NCBI GenBank assembly: GCA_001244265.2
Contig: CDLV01000008.1
Location: forward strand, 1,240,001 to 1,304,000
DNA from: Microbotryum violaceum
Taxonomy: Eukaryota
Direction of reading: 5' to 3'
DNA length: 64,000 bases
A program made the translations under genes and the position numbers. Positions 38,437 through 49,989 of this stretch are shown in pieces (the first letter of the stretch is position 1; the number at the start of each line of letters is the position of its first letter). The notes under the pieces were generated by a model. The model ran no database searches. It worked only from the letters and a program-made list of their open reading frames with translations, and was not told where the DNA came from.

Positions 38437-38601
38437 GTTGGAACTTGGAGTGGGGGTGAGGGGTGAGATCGGTGAGAGGGAAAGAGCAGTGTCCCAATGT
38501 GGGGTACACGTCGCGCCTCGCTTCACCTCACGTCACCGAGCGCGCGCGCTCTCCTCTCACAGCATCACCGACACCGCGCGCGTCACAGCCGATCCGATCC
38601 G

Positions 38602-39270
38602 ATGCCCTCAGCGAATCACGACAAGTTACAATCAGCGATTCTCTCTGCAGGACACAAAGGTCAAGGTCATCGAGTATTTGCACGAGACAAGATATACTGG
38701 CCACCTGGCACATTGCCTGTCCCAGGCGGAAAGCAACTTGAATACGTAGTCGGCACCGAGCGCGTCGGACCTATATGAAAGCTTGCAGTGTATGCAAGCG
38801 ACTCGGCCAACAACGAGCTTTGCTACTACGAAGTCATTGACGCCTCAGCACCAAGCTGCCACTATATCGATGCCGAGTTTACGCGCCCTTCCATTGACAA
38901 TTCAGCAGAAAAGGCATTGATTACGCGTAATGCAGCGTCGTATTTCCCTGGCACATATGGTCAGCTGGCCAGCTCGGACACCTTGCGATCTTGCGTCTGC
39001 AGGTCAGAACTGCCGAACTACCTTGTTCCCTGCTTCTGTTTTATATCTATTGTTCCAGCGTCAACGAATAATCTCGGCTTTCATTCTCACTGCGGGCACA
39101 CCGTTTGGAGAACCCAACGCGAAGCGTGTTATTACGGACATTCTCGACAGCTTGAAGGTTCTGCTCTCACTTCGCTGGCGTCTCGGGGGTCCCGAAGGGG
39201 TAGTCGGAGAAATTTGGGTGCTTTGCTGTTGTCACCCCCAAGCTCTGGGGCGAGCTTAACTGCAGTTTGA
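38602..39270 (+). pseudogene. Decayed unknown ORF inside the TE island
   Basis: Collinear frames 38497-38778 and 38788-39270 are separated by one stop, with an overlapping shifted frame at 38930-39259. No motif recognised. Confidence 0.3.
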
Positions 39271-39572
39271 CATTAGGTAGGATGCGTGAGTGCTTTATTT
39301 GGACATCCATTAAATGCCTGAATTGAATGTCCGGAGTAAAGTCTGAAACGTTAGGCGTCAGTAAATCTATTTGCTTTGCGATCAAAATCGCGTCGCATGA
39401 TTGATCAACGGACGAATCAGCTAGTCAAGATGCGTGGAAACTTGTTGAATACCTCTTGCCACACACAGGTCAATATCACCTCAACGACTACAAAAAGTTT
39501 GGCCATCTATCTCAACGCGCGATAGGCGCACCAACAATATACTGAACAACAGAAATGTAGTCGGATTCGGAA

Positions 39573-41431
39573 TCAGTATGTTGCAGCTCCCAAATTAGCA
39601 GAATCGGAATTAGAATTAGAATCAGAACCAAGATCAGAAGCAGAAGCAGAATCAGATCCAGAGACTTGGTCTTCTGGCTCCGTTTCCAACTGTCCGGTTG
39701 TCACAGTACCTTCGGCACGAGTGCGGTCGAAAGAGCCCTGGCCTATCTCCTCTTTGAGTGAGAAAGTAAGGCCACCCTGTCGCATCAGAGGGATGATTCT
39801 TCTCAAATCCGCAACGGTCGGCTTCTTGCCATTTGTGGGACTGCGGAAATCACGCTCTTGAAGACCATTTCCGAACTCGACAATAAGAGCGATTGGATCC
39901 TTCGCAAGAGTTGCCTGGTTATAACTCGTAAGCTTGGAAAGCACGTAGGGCTGAGTAGATCTATTTCTCTGGTGGCGACGACGGAGCGCTTGATCTGCAC
40001 GGCCACAGATGTTCAGTACTAGGCTGCAAAATGTGGGCGCAGAGCCGTGGAATGGTTGCTCACTATAGTGATCGTCGATTATGATGCTATACCATGCGCA
40101 GAGCACTCGTTGAGACGCCTTGTCAACATCGCCATGATTAGCTGCTCATCAGATTTTGGAATCAGCGCCAATCCATCACCGAGCACAAAATACGTCCTAA
40201 AGCTTGCTTGAAAAACCCCGCATCTTATATTGTTCATTTTGCTCCTGACTAAACCGAGTCCCATTAGCGCAATCCGTGAAGTTGACTAGAATATCTTTTT
40301 GCTGGTCAGAATCCCAGCCTTGGCGCCGCATGAAAGCTGCGCCGCCAAGCGTAGAAACGATAAAACGATCATTTTTGTTCTCGAGCTTGTTCGAGCTGAC
40401 GATGACTAACGCGTCGAAGCCGTAGCCCTCAGCATACTGCTCAACCTAATTCAGTGCCGAGCTACGTAAGTCAGCAGGGGGAACTTGGCCTTTGAGGAGG
40501 CGGAAACGGAGAGCCGAGTCTTCACGGACCAGCTCGTTCATCGCATTTTCGTATCTGCGCCGCAGTTTGGAGATGGTAGCAGAATCGATTCGCCATCGCT
40601 TGAGGGGCCGAGCGGTCTCCTTTCGATCACGCGCTTCACTTGCCCTCGCTTCCTTCCATTGTTCCCAGAGTTCTGGTGAGTTTTTGACTTGTTCCCAGTA
40701 GCGTGATCCAATCGCCTGTAGCGCAGAGAAGTCTTTCGGGACTTTGTAGGGGTCCGAGTGATGGATTTGTCTGTCAGAGTAGCGTCTTGTAATGGAGAGT
40801 AAGCGGTTTTGGGATGAGTCAGGAAGGCAGACGCTACACTTACCCTTGAGTCCGTTCTTTTCGAGGAGACAACGGAAGAAGCGGCTGGTCTTGAAGTCAT
40901 TCCAGTCGTTTCGGTCGTTGCTTCGAGTCGCAGGGGGCGTGTACGAGTCGAGATCGCCGTCCCGAACTCCATGCCGCAAACAGTATTGCATCTTTTCGAG
41001 GCGACGTTGCAAGTTATAGAGCACGTGGGTCTCCTTTTGCGACGATGACAGGCGCGAAGTCGAAGGCAACGCTCGAACGGCATCGTGGAGGGCTCGGATC
41101 TCATCCTGAACCTCTTCGATTCGATGACTCATTGAGTTGGACGAGTTGGACGTGGTCGGCCTTGAGGCGAGCGTCGTGCTTCGTCCATCTTCCGCGATGC
41201 TGGAAGCAGAAATGTGGTGCTGTTGTGTCTGAACGGTCGCTGAGGACGACAGTACAGACCCCATTTCGGGGCTGCTGGTCGATTGCACCGAAGCATCTTC
41301 GGCGGTAACAACGAGGAATGAGGAGTAGGGTCAGCAGACAATAACAAAACAATCAAGACACGAGGACGCGTCTCACGGTCGGGAGCGGCAAACGCTGACG
41401 CGTTACTGGGAGCAGACAGGAGAGGCAACAT
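39573..41431 (-). CDS. Probable KDZ-associated accessory gene (HMG-like), multi-exon, possibly decayed
   Basis: RNDWNDF followed by YWEQVKNSPELWEQWK resembles HMG-box helices. GTAAGT donor near 40842. Oriented convergently with the KDZ transposase. Confidence 0.45.
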
Positions 41432-42764
41432 ACCGTATGGTCGGATGGCTTCGAGTCAAGATATACGACCGAAAGCGGAAGGGAACAGAAAGTAGTAAGA
41501 CCAGGACTGTGATCGATAACGGCGCGTCAAGCGGCAACGCTATCGCTCGCTCGCGCTCAGGCTCGCTACGGCTCGCTCGTTCTGCCAGCGTGGTGAGACG
41601 GCACGTGACCTAATCACCTCCATCAATGCTACCTTATCCCCTCCGCTAATGATGTAATGATGTAATGATGTTCTAATCGAGCTTCTTCTCGCTACTAATC
41701 TAAAGAAGCAATTGAGGATGAGTGTTCCGAATATGCTTTATACGCAATGGCAGCATTTATAAGGTTGGATTACCCCGATACGAGCTCGCACGTACCTGAG
41801 ATGAACGTGTTGAAGGCCACACCAGCCTCCGTGTTGCGCTAGTCCTCGGGCCATCCAGCAACCCGGGTTGCAGGGGGGGCAACATGTATGGCTACGTCGC
41901 GCGGAAGCGAGGGTCGGAGGGGCGCGGCGCGCGCCACTTTTTAGCGTGCTTATATATATAGCCAGAGGTGCTCACGCTCGCAGAATCGCAGATGCGCGCG
42001 ACCGGAAACCTCACACGCTCGCGGCTTTTTCTATTTGCGCGGGAACCGACACCACTCGGAGAAGGTTTGCCTTTTTACTCCGCGGTATGGAACTCATTTT
42101 CATGGCAGGAGGGCGTTTGCTCCGAATGCTAAGCTTATGTAGTTGCAAATGGTGACATTGCTATGGTGTATTGGGTTGGTGGTGTGGCTGTTGAAAGCGT
42201 TCGAGCTTTCGAGGCTCAAGGCTGGGCACTCCGAGAGTCGAGTTCCAGAGAACTAGTAGGGCTCGTTCCAGATACTTATTTGTCGGGGTGGGCCGACAAA
42301 TCCTGCGCCGGTGCTCCCGGCCAAGAGTCTTGGTATGCAGCAGCAGAATCGTATATCGAACATCAGCACTGGAAGAATCTTTGCATTTGCTCCAGCCTGC
42401 ATTAGGTCCCAGCTTGCAACGTACCTGCACCCTTGGCAGCCAACTCCCTCTCCCAAGTCGGAATGATGCCCATCTACTTTTCTCATGATAGCAGTTGAAG
42501 GCTTTTGAGTGAAACAGAGTCGTTATGAAAGCGGGGAATAACTGGACAAGGTTGACGTGGGGGCGGTGTGTGTGTGGAAGGCGGCCGCGCGAGTCCGCGC
42601 GAGTGTCGCGCGTGAGCTCGCGTGTGTCGCGCATGAACGAGGCTAGACGAGTCGCGGGCGCGCAGAAGCGTTCGGCGGGGCGCGCCTATTCATATTTCTG
42701 GGCGCGCGGAGGCCCCGGGCGCGCAAATCCATTTGTCGCCCGAACGGCGGCCCATAGCGCACCG

Positions 42765-42832
42765 ACTTGAGTTGGCGCACTGAGGGCGCACTTGAGTTGG
42801 CGGACTTGAGTTGGCGGACTGAGTTGGCGCAG
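42765..42832. repeat. GAGTTGGCG repeats (4 copies) after a CG-rich tract
   Basis: Copies at 42769, 42794, 42808 and 42821. Confidence 0.85.
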
Positions 42833-43089
42833 TCAGGCGCGCCGCACGCGGCCATCCCCTTGTCTTCATGCTGCAACGTGCCATATCCTACGATGCAACT
42901 GCTGTCACGCTTCTTTCGGAAACGAAGCGCCGATAACACGGATGCCAAAATGAAGCAGCTGGCAAAGCTATCTGGGGCAAGGCTGCAACAAGCAGAGGTC
43001 AGTTACTACGGACTTGCGCCAGTCCTGGCGCCGGGGCTGGAGCTGATGTATGTATCTCAAACTATCCCCTTTCACTAGTCCCTTCCTCA

Positions 43090-44942
43090 GACGATACCGC
43101 TGTGCGGATTTTAATCGATTTCTGGCATTTCTTTGACCGGATCTATGTGTCCAAAAAACATGGCGCTGCCAAAGCCTTTGCTCGCGCCTTCTCCGATGCG
43201 GTTTTCATCCCGAATGCGGATGATCGACTCCTGATGGAGGCTCGCCTAGCAAAACTCGGAATGACGTGGGAAGAAGCGGTCCGCTCGCCGGTATGGAATA
43301 AGAAGCTTTGGAGACGCGTTCGTCGCTGGATCCCTCCGCCAGGCATTCTCGAGCCTTTGGTCCGGGAGGTCTTTGAGAAGCTCGGTCGATGCGAAGTCAA
43401 AGCAACCACTTTTCAACAAAGCGGCGCACGAGGCAGCGAAGAGATGTCTTGAGGCGATTCGGAAAGGCCAATTATCGGATCCAGTTGGCATCGAGCTGTA
43501 CACCGACCTTGGGCCTTGCGGAGGGCCAGATGGAAAGGCGGATGACGGTGTCCGTTTATATTCCTGCCAGCGCGACACCAACAGTCTCGAAGGAGGCATC
43601 CATCGGAACCTTCGCCAACGGGTTCCAAAGTCTGGTGTTTCTCCGTGCCATGTCAATGCGTGCACGGCTGACTACGTGCTAGTGCACAATCTCACGGTCA
43701 GTCCAACTCCACCATCGCAATTCGAAGAAGCGGCAACCATTCTCACCCATTATCCCTTGTATTCGCAGGTTGGGACGTTTGATCGTACCGGAAAACCATT
43801 CGTGGGGCACTACGACCTCTGGCTCACTGTGGAATTACATCGTCTGAGGCGCAAAACCTCGGCATTTTTCCCACGGCATTCAACCACCGTGTCAGATATA
43901 GTCAACCCGCTGCTCTACACCCCATCCACCGAAACATTCAGTATCGTACCTGTTGTTCAGTCGCCAACAGCGCAAATGCGCTTTTTGATCGAGCCCTATC
44001 AAGTCGAGCGCGGGACTCTGTGTTTGGAGCCCGTCAAGTGGTCGCCACGGAACTTGCTGCAAAATAATACGCCGACGATAGGGCATATGAAAAGCCGGCT
44101 GCCAACCGATCGCAAGCTTCGCCACGACTGGCCAGCGGAACGTCAGGGTACTCGATTTGATGTGTTGTATGTCCACACACCCAGCGAACGAGCGCTATAC
44201 AGAAATCTCTCAAACAAGGTACGACTGGGAGCTCCTCAAAATCTTCGGATATTCGAGATTACCGAGCCTTGGAACAAGTATGCCAACGGACTAGACATTT
44301 TTTACAAAGTATGTCGCGTCTGTGTCACACTGAATGGTGATGTTGAGCTGAAGCGCAATCCTCACACAGATGCCAGAGCACACTAATACATGGGCATCAA
44401 GATGGTCGTCGCTGGCAAATGCTCAAGCCACAATGAACATGGGTGGGAACGACGTCAGAGTGATTCAAGCTTTGCTTACCGACCCCTCCCGCGGTCGTGA
44501 TGTTAGCATGCTAGCGGCTTAGCCATTACTTGGTCACAAACCGCCAGTCTTGGGGAGGCTTACGGAGATAGAAGTCGATGCCTCAGATCCGCCAACGTCA
44601 TCCATCCGCCCCTTTGTTGCAACTGCCTCGAGCGAGGCTGGTTCGAGCGCGGACTTGGGCACAAGCAGCGCTTTGACGCGCGCGGGTACCACAAAAGGGG
44701 CAAGGCACTGTCGATTCTGTGGTCAAACTACTTGTCGACTCAAGGGGTCAAAACTAAGCGATGACGGATCAGTGACTGGGTGTGAAGGGGCGTGCTTGGA
44801 CTGCGGAAAGCCTTTCGGGCTGACAGACGAGATGGATGCGAACGACCCACAATCACGAAGGTTCTGTAGAGGACTGACAAGGGTTGAGATGAATGGCCGA
44901 GCCTGGCATCAAAAGAAGTGTCACAACAATGTAGCTGTATAA
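43090..44942 (+). pseudogene. DNA transposase relic with DxxH and RxTNxxEGxxH motifs (DUF6729-associated-like family)
   Basis: Motifs LIDFWHFFDR, RRVRRWIPPP, PLFN, LSDPVGIELY, LYSCQRDTNSLEGGIH and GHYDLWL. Frameshift near 43390 and a C-terminal Cys cluster. N-terminus missing. Confidence 0.7.
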
Positions 44943-44991
44943 TACCTGTGTAATGTGAAGTATGTTGTCAAAATGACTTGTTCCGTACCAC

Positions 44992-45221
44992 TTCCTCTCT
45001 TTCTCCTTTTTCACCTCCCCCTCCCTCTTCTCTTTTCCCCCCCTTTTTTCCTTTCCCTCTCCTTTTTTTCTTTCTTTCTTTTTTTTTTCTTTCTTTCTTT
45101 CTTTTTCTTTCTTTCTTTCTTTTTCTTTCTTTCTTTCTTTCTTTTTCTTTCTTTCTTTTTTTTCTTTTCTTTTCTTTTCTTTTTCTTTTTCTTTTCTTTT
45201 CTTTTCTTTTCTTTTCTTTTC

Positions 45222-45253
<32 letters not shown>

Positions 45254-45480
45254 CTTTTTCTTTTTCTTTTTTTTTCTTTTTTTTCTTTTCTTTTCTTTTT
45301 CTTTTTTTCTTTTTCTTTTTTCTTTTTTTTTTCTTTTTTTTCTTTCTTTTTTCTTTTTTTCTTTTCTTTTCTTTTCTTTTCTTTTCTTTTCTTTTCTTTT
45401 CTTTTTTTTCTTTTCTTTTCTTTTCTTTTTCTTTTCTTTTCTTTTCTTTTCTTCTTTTCTTTTCTTCTCCTCCACCCCCC
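44992..45480. repeat. ~490-bp polypyrimidine (TTTTC)n tract
   Basis: Essentially purine-free run. Confidence 0.97.
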
Positions 45481-45492
45481 GACATGGGTTAG

Positions 45493-46052
45493 CCATGTGC
45501 TCAAGTGCAGTGGACGTGCCATGAGCTTTAAGGACAAGAAAGGTGGGTCTGATCGATTGCCTACATGCACTTGCTATTGGACAGCTGGACTGACGTAAAA
45601 TTTTCTGTTCCGCATGTGCCTCTTCGGACTGTCTCAATATCTCAATCGCAACAGACTTCAAGGACCCTCAAAACAACTTCCTGTTCAGCCTGCGCGAAAA
45701 GACGATGGCGATCCCCAAGACGCAGTTGATCGAGGACGGATCGGGCAAGGACTTGTGCAAGCTCGTCAAGAAGATCAGCATCGGCGGATCAAAGTACATC
45801 GCCGAGTTCAATAATCTCGTCGGCGACGGCAAGCCGGTCGAGCTCAAGTGCCGGGGCAACCTGTTGGGAGGCGCGGCCGACATCCTCTACAACGACCGCG
45901 TGGTGGTGCAGATCTCGCGTCAGATGTTGAACATGCGCGAGGCAATGGGGGGCAAGCAGACGTACTACACCACCGTCGCCCCCGGCTTTGATGTCTCGCT
46001 CGCCGCGGCGTTGACGATCGCTTGGGAAGAGTTTGAGCATGACGAGAAGTGA
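45493..46052 (+). pseudogene. LURP-one/Tubby-C2 (LOR) family gene lacking a visible 5' part
   Basis: HVLKCSGRAMSFKDKK|DFKDPQNNFLFSLREK...KCRGNLLGGAADI...QTYYTTVAPGFDVSLAAAL. No start exon is visible upstream of the TE end. Confidence 0.7.
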
Positions 46053-46351
46053 CGAAAATCTTTCGATGTGTCGGCGGAGGGCTCGAGACTGGCGGAACTT
46101 TGTGTCCTATTGTTCATGTTTCCAATCTATTTCCTCACGATCTGTTTTCACTGCACGTATACACGAGGAGCCTGAAATACCATGTCCCGTCTGTATTTCC
46201 ATCCATGTGCGGTCTGACATGGCGCGTAAATCGAATCCTAGCAGACTCTCAGCGTGAGGCGCTGTTTCGCATTCGCTTGCTTTAGCGCCCACCTTGCGCC
46301 TCTGCTCCCTCTTCGACCGCGAATAAGCAACCTCCTCCCATCAAAGCCAAG

Positions 46352-49145
46352 ATGGGCAAAGTCAAGAAGAGAATCAAGGACAAGTCGGTCAAGGACACCA
46401 AGGCCGAAGCGAAAAAAGCGAAAAAGGACAAGCAGAGCAAGAAGGAGGAGGCCAAGCTCAAAAAGAGCAAGGGCAAGGACAAGGACGATGGCGACATGGA
46501 CGAGGATGACCTTATCAGGTGGGGCATCTAGGGTATATGTATTGGAAGTAGACATGCTGATGCTTACTTTGTGGGTACAGGACACTCGAGGAGTATCGCG
46601 AGCGATGGGCGGCGGAGCACACCGTATCGGGTTAGTGCCAGCGTCTACGTGAAGCTAGTAGAGCAAGAGTAGATTACTGATGTTTCTGAGCTCTACTCTA
46701 CACAGAGGACGTGGTTGATGGCCCGCCCTCGCGTCGAGCGAATGCGACGCTGACCGCTTGCCCCGTCAAGGTTTGTTCTTCGGCCTCGTCTTTTGTCGCT
46801 GATCAGCTGATTGCCGTCATCGCTGGGGTCATTTCGAGACTGAGCCCAACGCTCAGCTCAGCTCACACAAGTTCAACTTCTTCTTCTTTTACCCTGCAGG
46901 ACCATTTATATCTCATTGGAGGAGAGTACTTTGACGGATCGACGGTCGCCATCTACTCGGATGTGTTCCGCTACTCGCCGGACAAGAACGAATGGCGTCG
47001 CTTCACCTCCCCCACCGCTCCCGGACCTCGTTCGGCGCACCAAGTCTGTGCCTCCCCAGCGGGCGGAGGTAAACTGTGGCTCTTTGGCGGCGAGTTCTCG
47101 GCCCCAAACCAGTCTTCGTTCCACCACTACCGAGATCTGTGGTGCTTCGACATCTCGACCCATACTTGGGAACGCTACGACACCAAACTTCGCCCCTCGG
47201 CTCGATCGGGCCATCGCATGGCCATGTGGAAGCACCTCATGTTCCTCTTTGGTGGGTTCCAAGACACCGGCATCCGGACCAGCTACCTCGGCGATCTCTG
47301 GGTTTGGGACACATTGAACTGTCGCTGGCATCAGATCGAGATTGGTCAGGTCGATCGCAAACCCGGACCTCGGAGTGGCTTTTCGTTCATCCCCTGTCCT
47401 GAAGGCGTCATTCTCCACGGGGGCTACACAAAGACCTACGAGGGCAAGAGGGCGACGGGCCAGGCTTTGAACGACACCTGGTTGTTGAGGATGCCTCCCC
47501 CGAACGAACACGGCGAATACGACTGGAAGGCGCTCAAGTGGGAGAAGCGGAAGAAGGTCGGTTACGCCCCAACGCCTCGCTCGGGATGCACGATGGCGCT
47601 GTGGTCGCCCAAGAATATGGGTGTGCTGTTTGGTGGGGTCAGTGACGAGGACAAAGACGAAGAGACGCTCGATTCGACCTTCTACAGCGCGCTGTGAGTT
47701 CAGGATCGCTGCGCCTGGGAGTATTTGGCCAGAAGCTGAATGCGGTCCGAGATGGAGTATGATAACAGCTTCGGCTACAACATGGGTGGGAACGGTCGGT
47801 GGATCTCACTGCCGCTCAAAAGGAAGAAAAAAGCCGGCGGCAAAAAGAAGAAAGCCAAGCTGCTGCAACAGCAGCAAACGCCCAAAGTTTCGATCCCCAG
47901 CTCACCGGCTGCGAACGATGACGGCGAGGGCCACGACGAAGGGGACGACGAGCGCATGGAAGAAGATGACCAAAGCGACAACGAGGACGATACACTAAAG
48001 CCCTGGGAAGTCGCAGAGCAGAAGAAACAGGAGGCACTGAACGACATGGACGACGAGGATGATACTGACGATCCCGAAAAGACAATACCTGGTGCAAGGT
48101 ACAATGCGATGCTCGCGGTGCAACGCAACACGCTCTACTTGTACGGTGGCATTCTTGAAGCGGGTGACAAGGAGTACACGCTCGACGACTTTTTCACCCT
48201 GCAACTCGACAAGCTCGATCGCTTTAACTGCCTGCGCGAGTGTATTCTCGAAGGGCTGGACTGGAAGGGTAGCGATTCGGAGAACGACAGCAGCGACGAC
48301 GATGAAGACGACGATGGCGCGGGCTCGGACAAAAGCGATAATGAGACCGAAGATGAAGAGGACGATGGGATTGCTCCCGCGGGCGAGGACGCCAACATGG
48401 AAGCGGTACCGCTCGAGGATTTGCAGTTATCTGAGGTCGACCTGGCGAGGATAGCGGCTCAGAAGGAACAAGCCGAGGTGAGACAGGACTATACGATTCA
48501 GACTCAGAGCTTCTCAGTGGTAATTAAATCTGACGATATGATGCCGTCCTACAGAGAGAGGAGCTGCGTAAGCGTGCTCTCGCATTCCGAGGAGTCTCGA
48601 CGTCGGCGGATCGAACGGCCGAGGATCTCATTTCGACACCGCAGCCGAGAGAGACGCTCGCCAAGTTCTTTGCACGGTCGAGTAAGCCCAATGGTATTCC
48701 TCGACGGGTACCGTTTGTTTGTAACTGCGCGCTGATGCATCTGATATGTTGCATGTCTTTCATAGAGGAGTATTGGACGTGTAAGGCACACGAAAGCGTC
48801 GGCGCGGGCAACCGAGGTAAGGAGCTGCGTCGAGACGGTTTCTCACTTTGCGAAGAAGCTTTCCGTAAGCCTTCATTCCCTGAATCTCACACAACTAGAT
48901 TGTACAGGACTGATCCATTCGATGAATTTTTTGTCCTTGCAGAACAATATCAACCTTTGCTTGAGGAGTTGCAACGCATCCAGGAGCAAGCGTGAGTTGC
49001 GCACGCCGTTCTTTTCCGACCACGCACTCTCTGCTGACATACTTCACGAATTTTGGCCTTTCCTTTCTACAGTGGTCTCGATGCCGCTGAAGCAGCAAAG
49101 GGAGCTCGAGCGGGTCTTGGAATGGATTCTCGGAACCGTCGGTAG
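46352..49145 (+). CDS. KEL3: Kelch repeat protein Kel3/KLHDC4 with a DUF4110-like C-terminus
   Basis: Lys-rich N-terminus, PSRRANATL, GGEYFDG, PGPRSAHQ, FHHYRDLW, RSGHRM, LYGGILE, TPQPRETLAKFFARS and KELRRDGF. Confidence 0.88.
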
Positions 49146-49492
49146 TCTTTCTATGCCGGTGCAGACAGGAAAGACAATGCCGCAACTGAGACGCATGTCG
49201 ATACTTAGCCCGAACAATGGACACGCTTGGGGTTTAATTACGTATCAGATACGATTATCCCTCTCGCCCGTCAATTAAGCTTGCGTCTGGGTTCTCTGAA
49301 TGCCGCTCTGGTTCCTCCTCCTCGCCTGCAGCTGGCGGCTACAACTTTCCGGTTTCGACGGGCCCCATGTGCACTCAATAACTGACCTTGCGAGGATCAA
49401 AACGGTACCGGCACGGTCCAAAACATTGCCGTACGGTTTAGAAGCTGCCGGCAAGAGGCCTCGCCAGCGTTGCTTTCCAGAGTGCGAAAGAA

Positions 49493-49499
<7 letters not shown>

Positions 49500-49532
<33 letters not shown>

Positions 49533-49632
49533 TGTGCCGAGGCTTGATCTATCTTATCTTGATCCTGCCCAGCTTGGATCAGGATCGATCTAATCCTAAT
49601 TTTTAGAATCAAGATCAGATCAGATCAGATCC
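49500..49632. repeat. 32-nt poly(T) followed by a GATC-rich cluster ending in (GATCA)3
   Basis: Directly visible. Confidence 0.8.
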
Positions 49633-49989
49633 TATGAGAATCCTTGCCCCACGTTCGAACAGACTTCTCGCCGGCCCGCTGGCTGTGTTCGCGCCAGCCA
49701 CGGACCGTTCAGGCTAGATCATCGTCAAAGTACATACGCAACAAACACGAGCGGTCTTCTCTGTATCGGGGGCATTTGACTCGTGAATTTTCGGCGGCGG
49801 ATGTGCCTCAGGCGGCGTTGGGTGCAGACGGGGTGGGAAATGCCGAACGGCTCATGAAGACCGACTCGCTCTTCGTGACTCGTGAGTTAGGAAGCTGCGT
49901 TGAACCCAGCATGTCAGAGCTAGGCATAGAACAATACAAAGGAAGGTTCGAAATGCTCAAGCAGTCATTCTGGGCCCTCCAGGCCTCTA

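Noticed and set aside
38602-39500. TET/JBP dioxygenase as KDZ cargo
   Set aside because: No HxD...H...R motif pattern was found in the frames I could read.
42278-42301. 9-bp hairpin ATTTGTCGG...CCGACAAAT
   Set aside because: Isolated, with no CTRR end or other supporting structure. Could be chance.
42550-42570. GGTT|GACGTGGGGG as the left TIR and 4-bp TSD of the 42.6-45.5 kb element
   Set aside because: The match to the right end is weak, and the same rule gives no TSD for the 23851-25928 element.
44853-45661. Long K/E/R-rich and F/S/L-rich ORFs
   Set aside because: Artefacts of the (TTTTC)n tract, which lacks stops in all frames. The same applies to 25708-26215.
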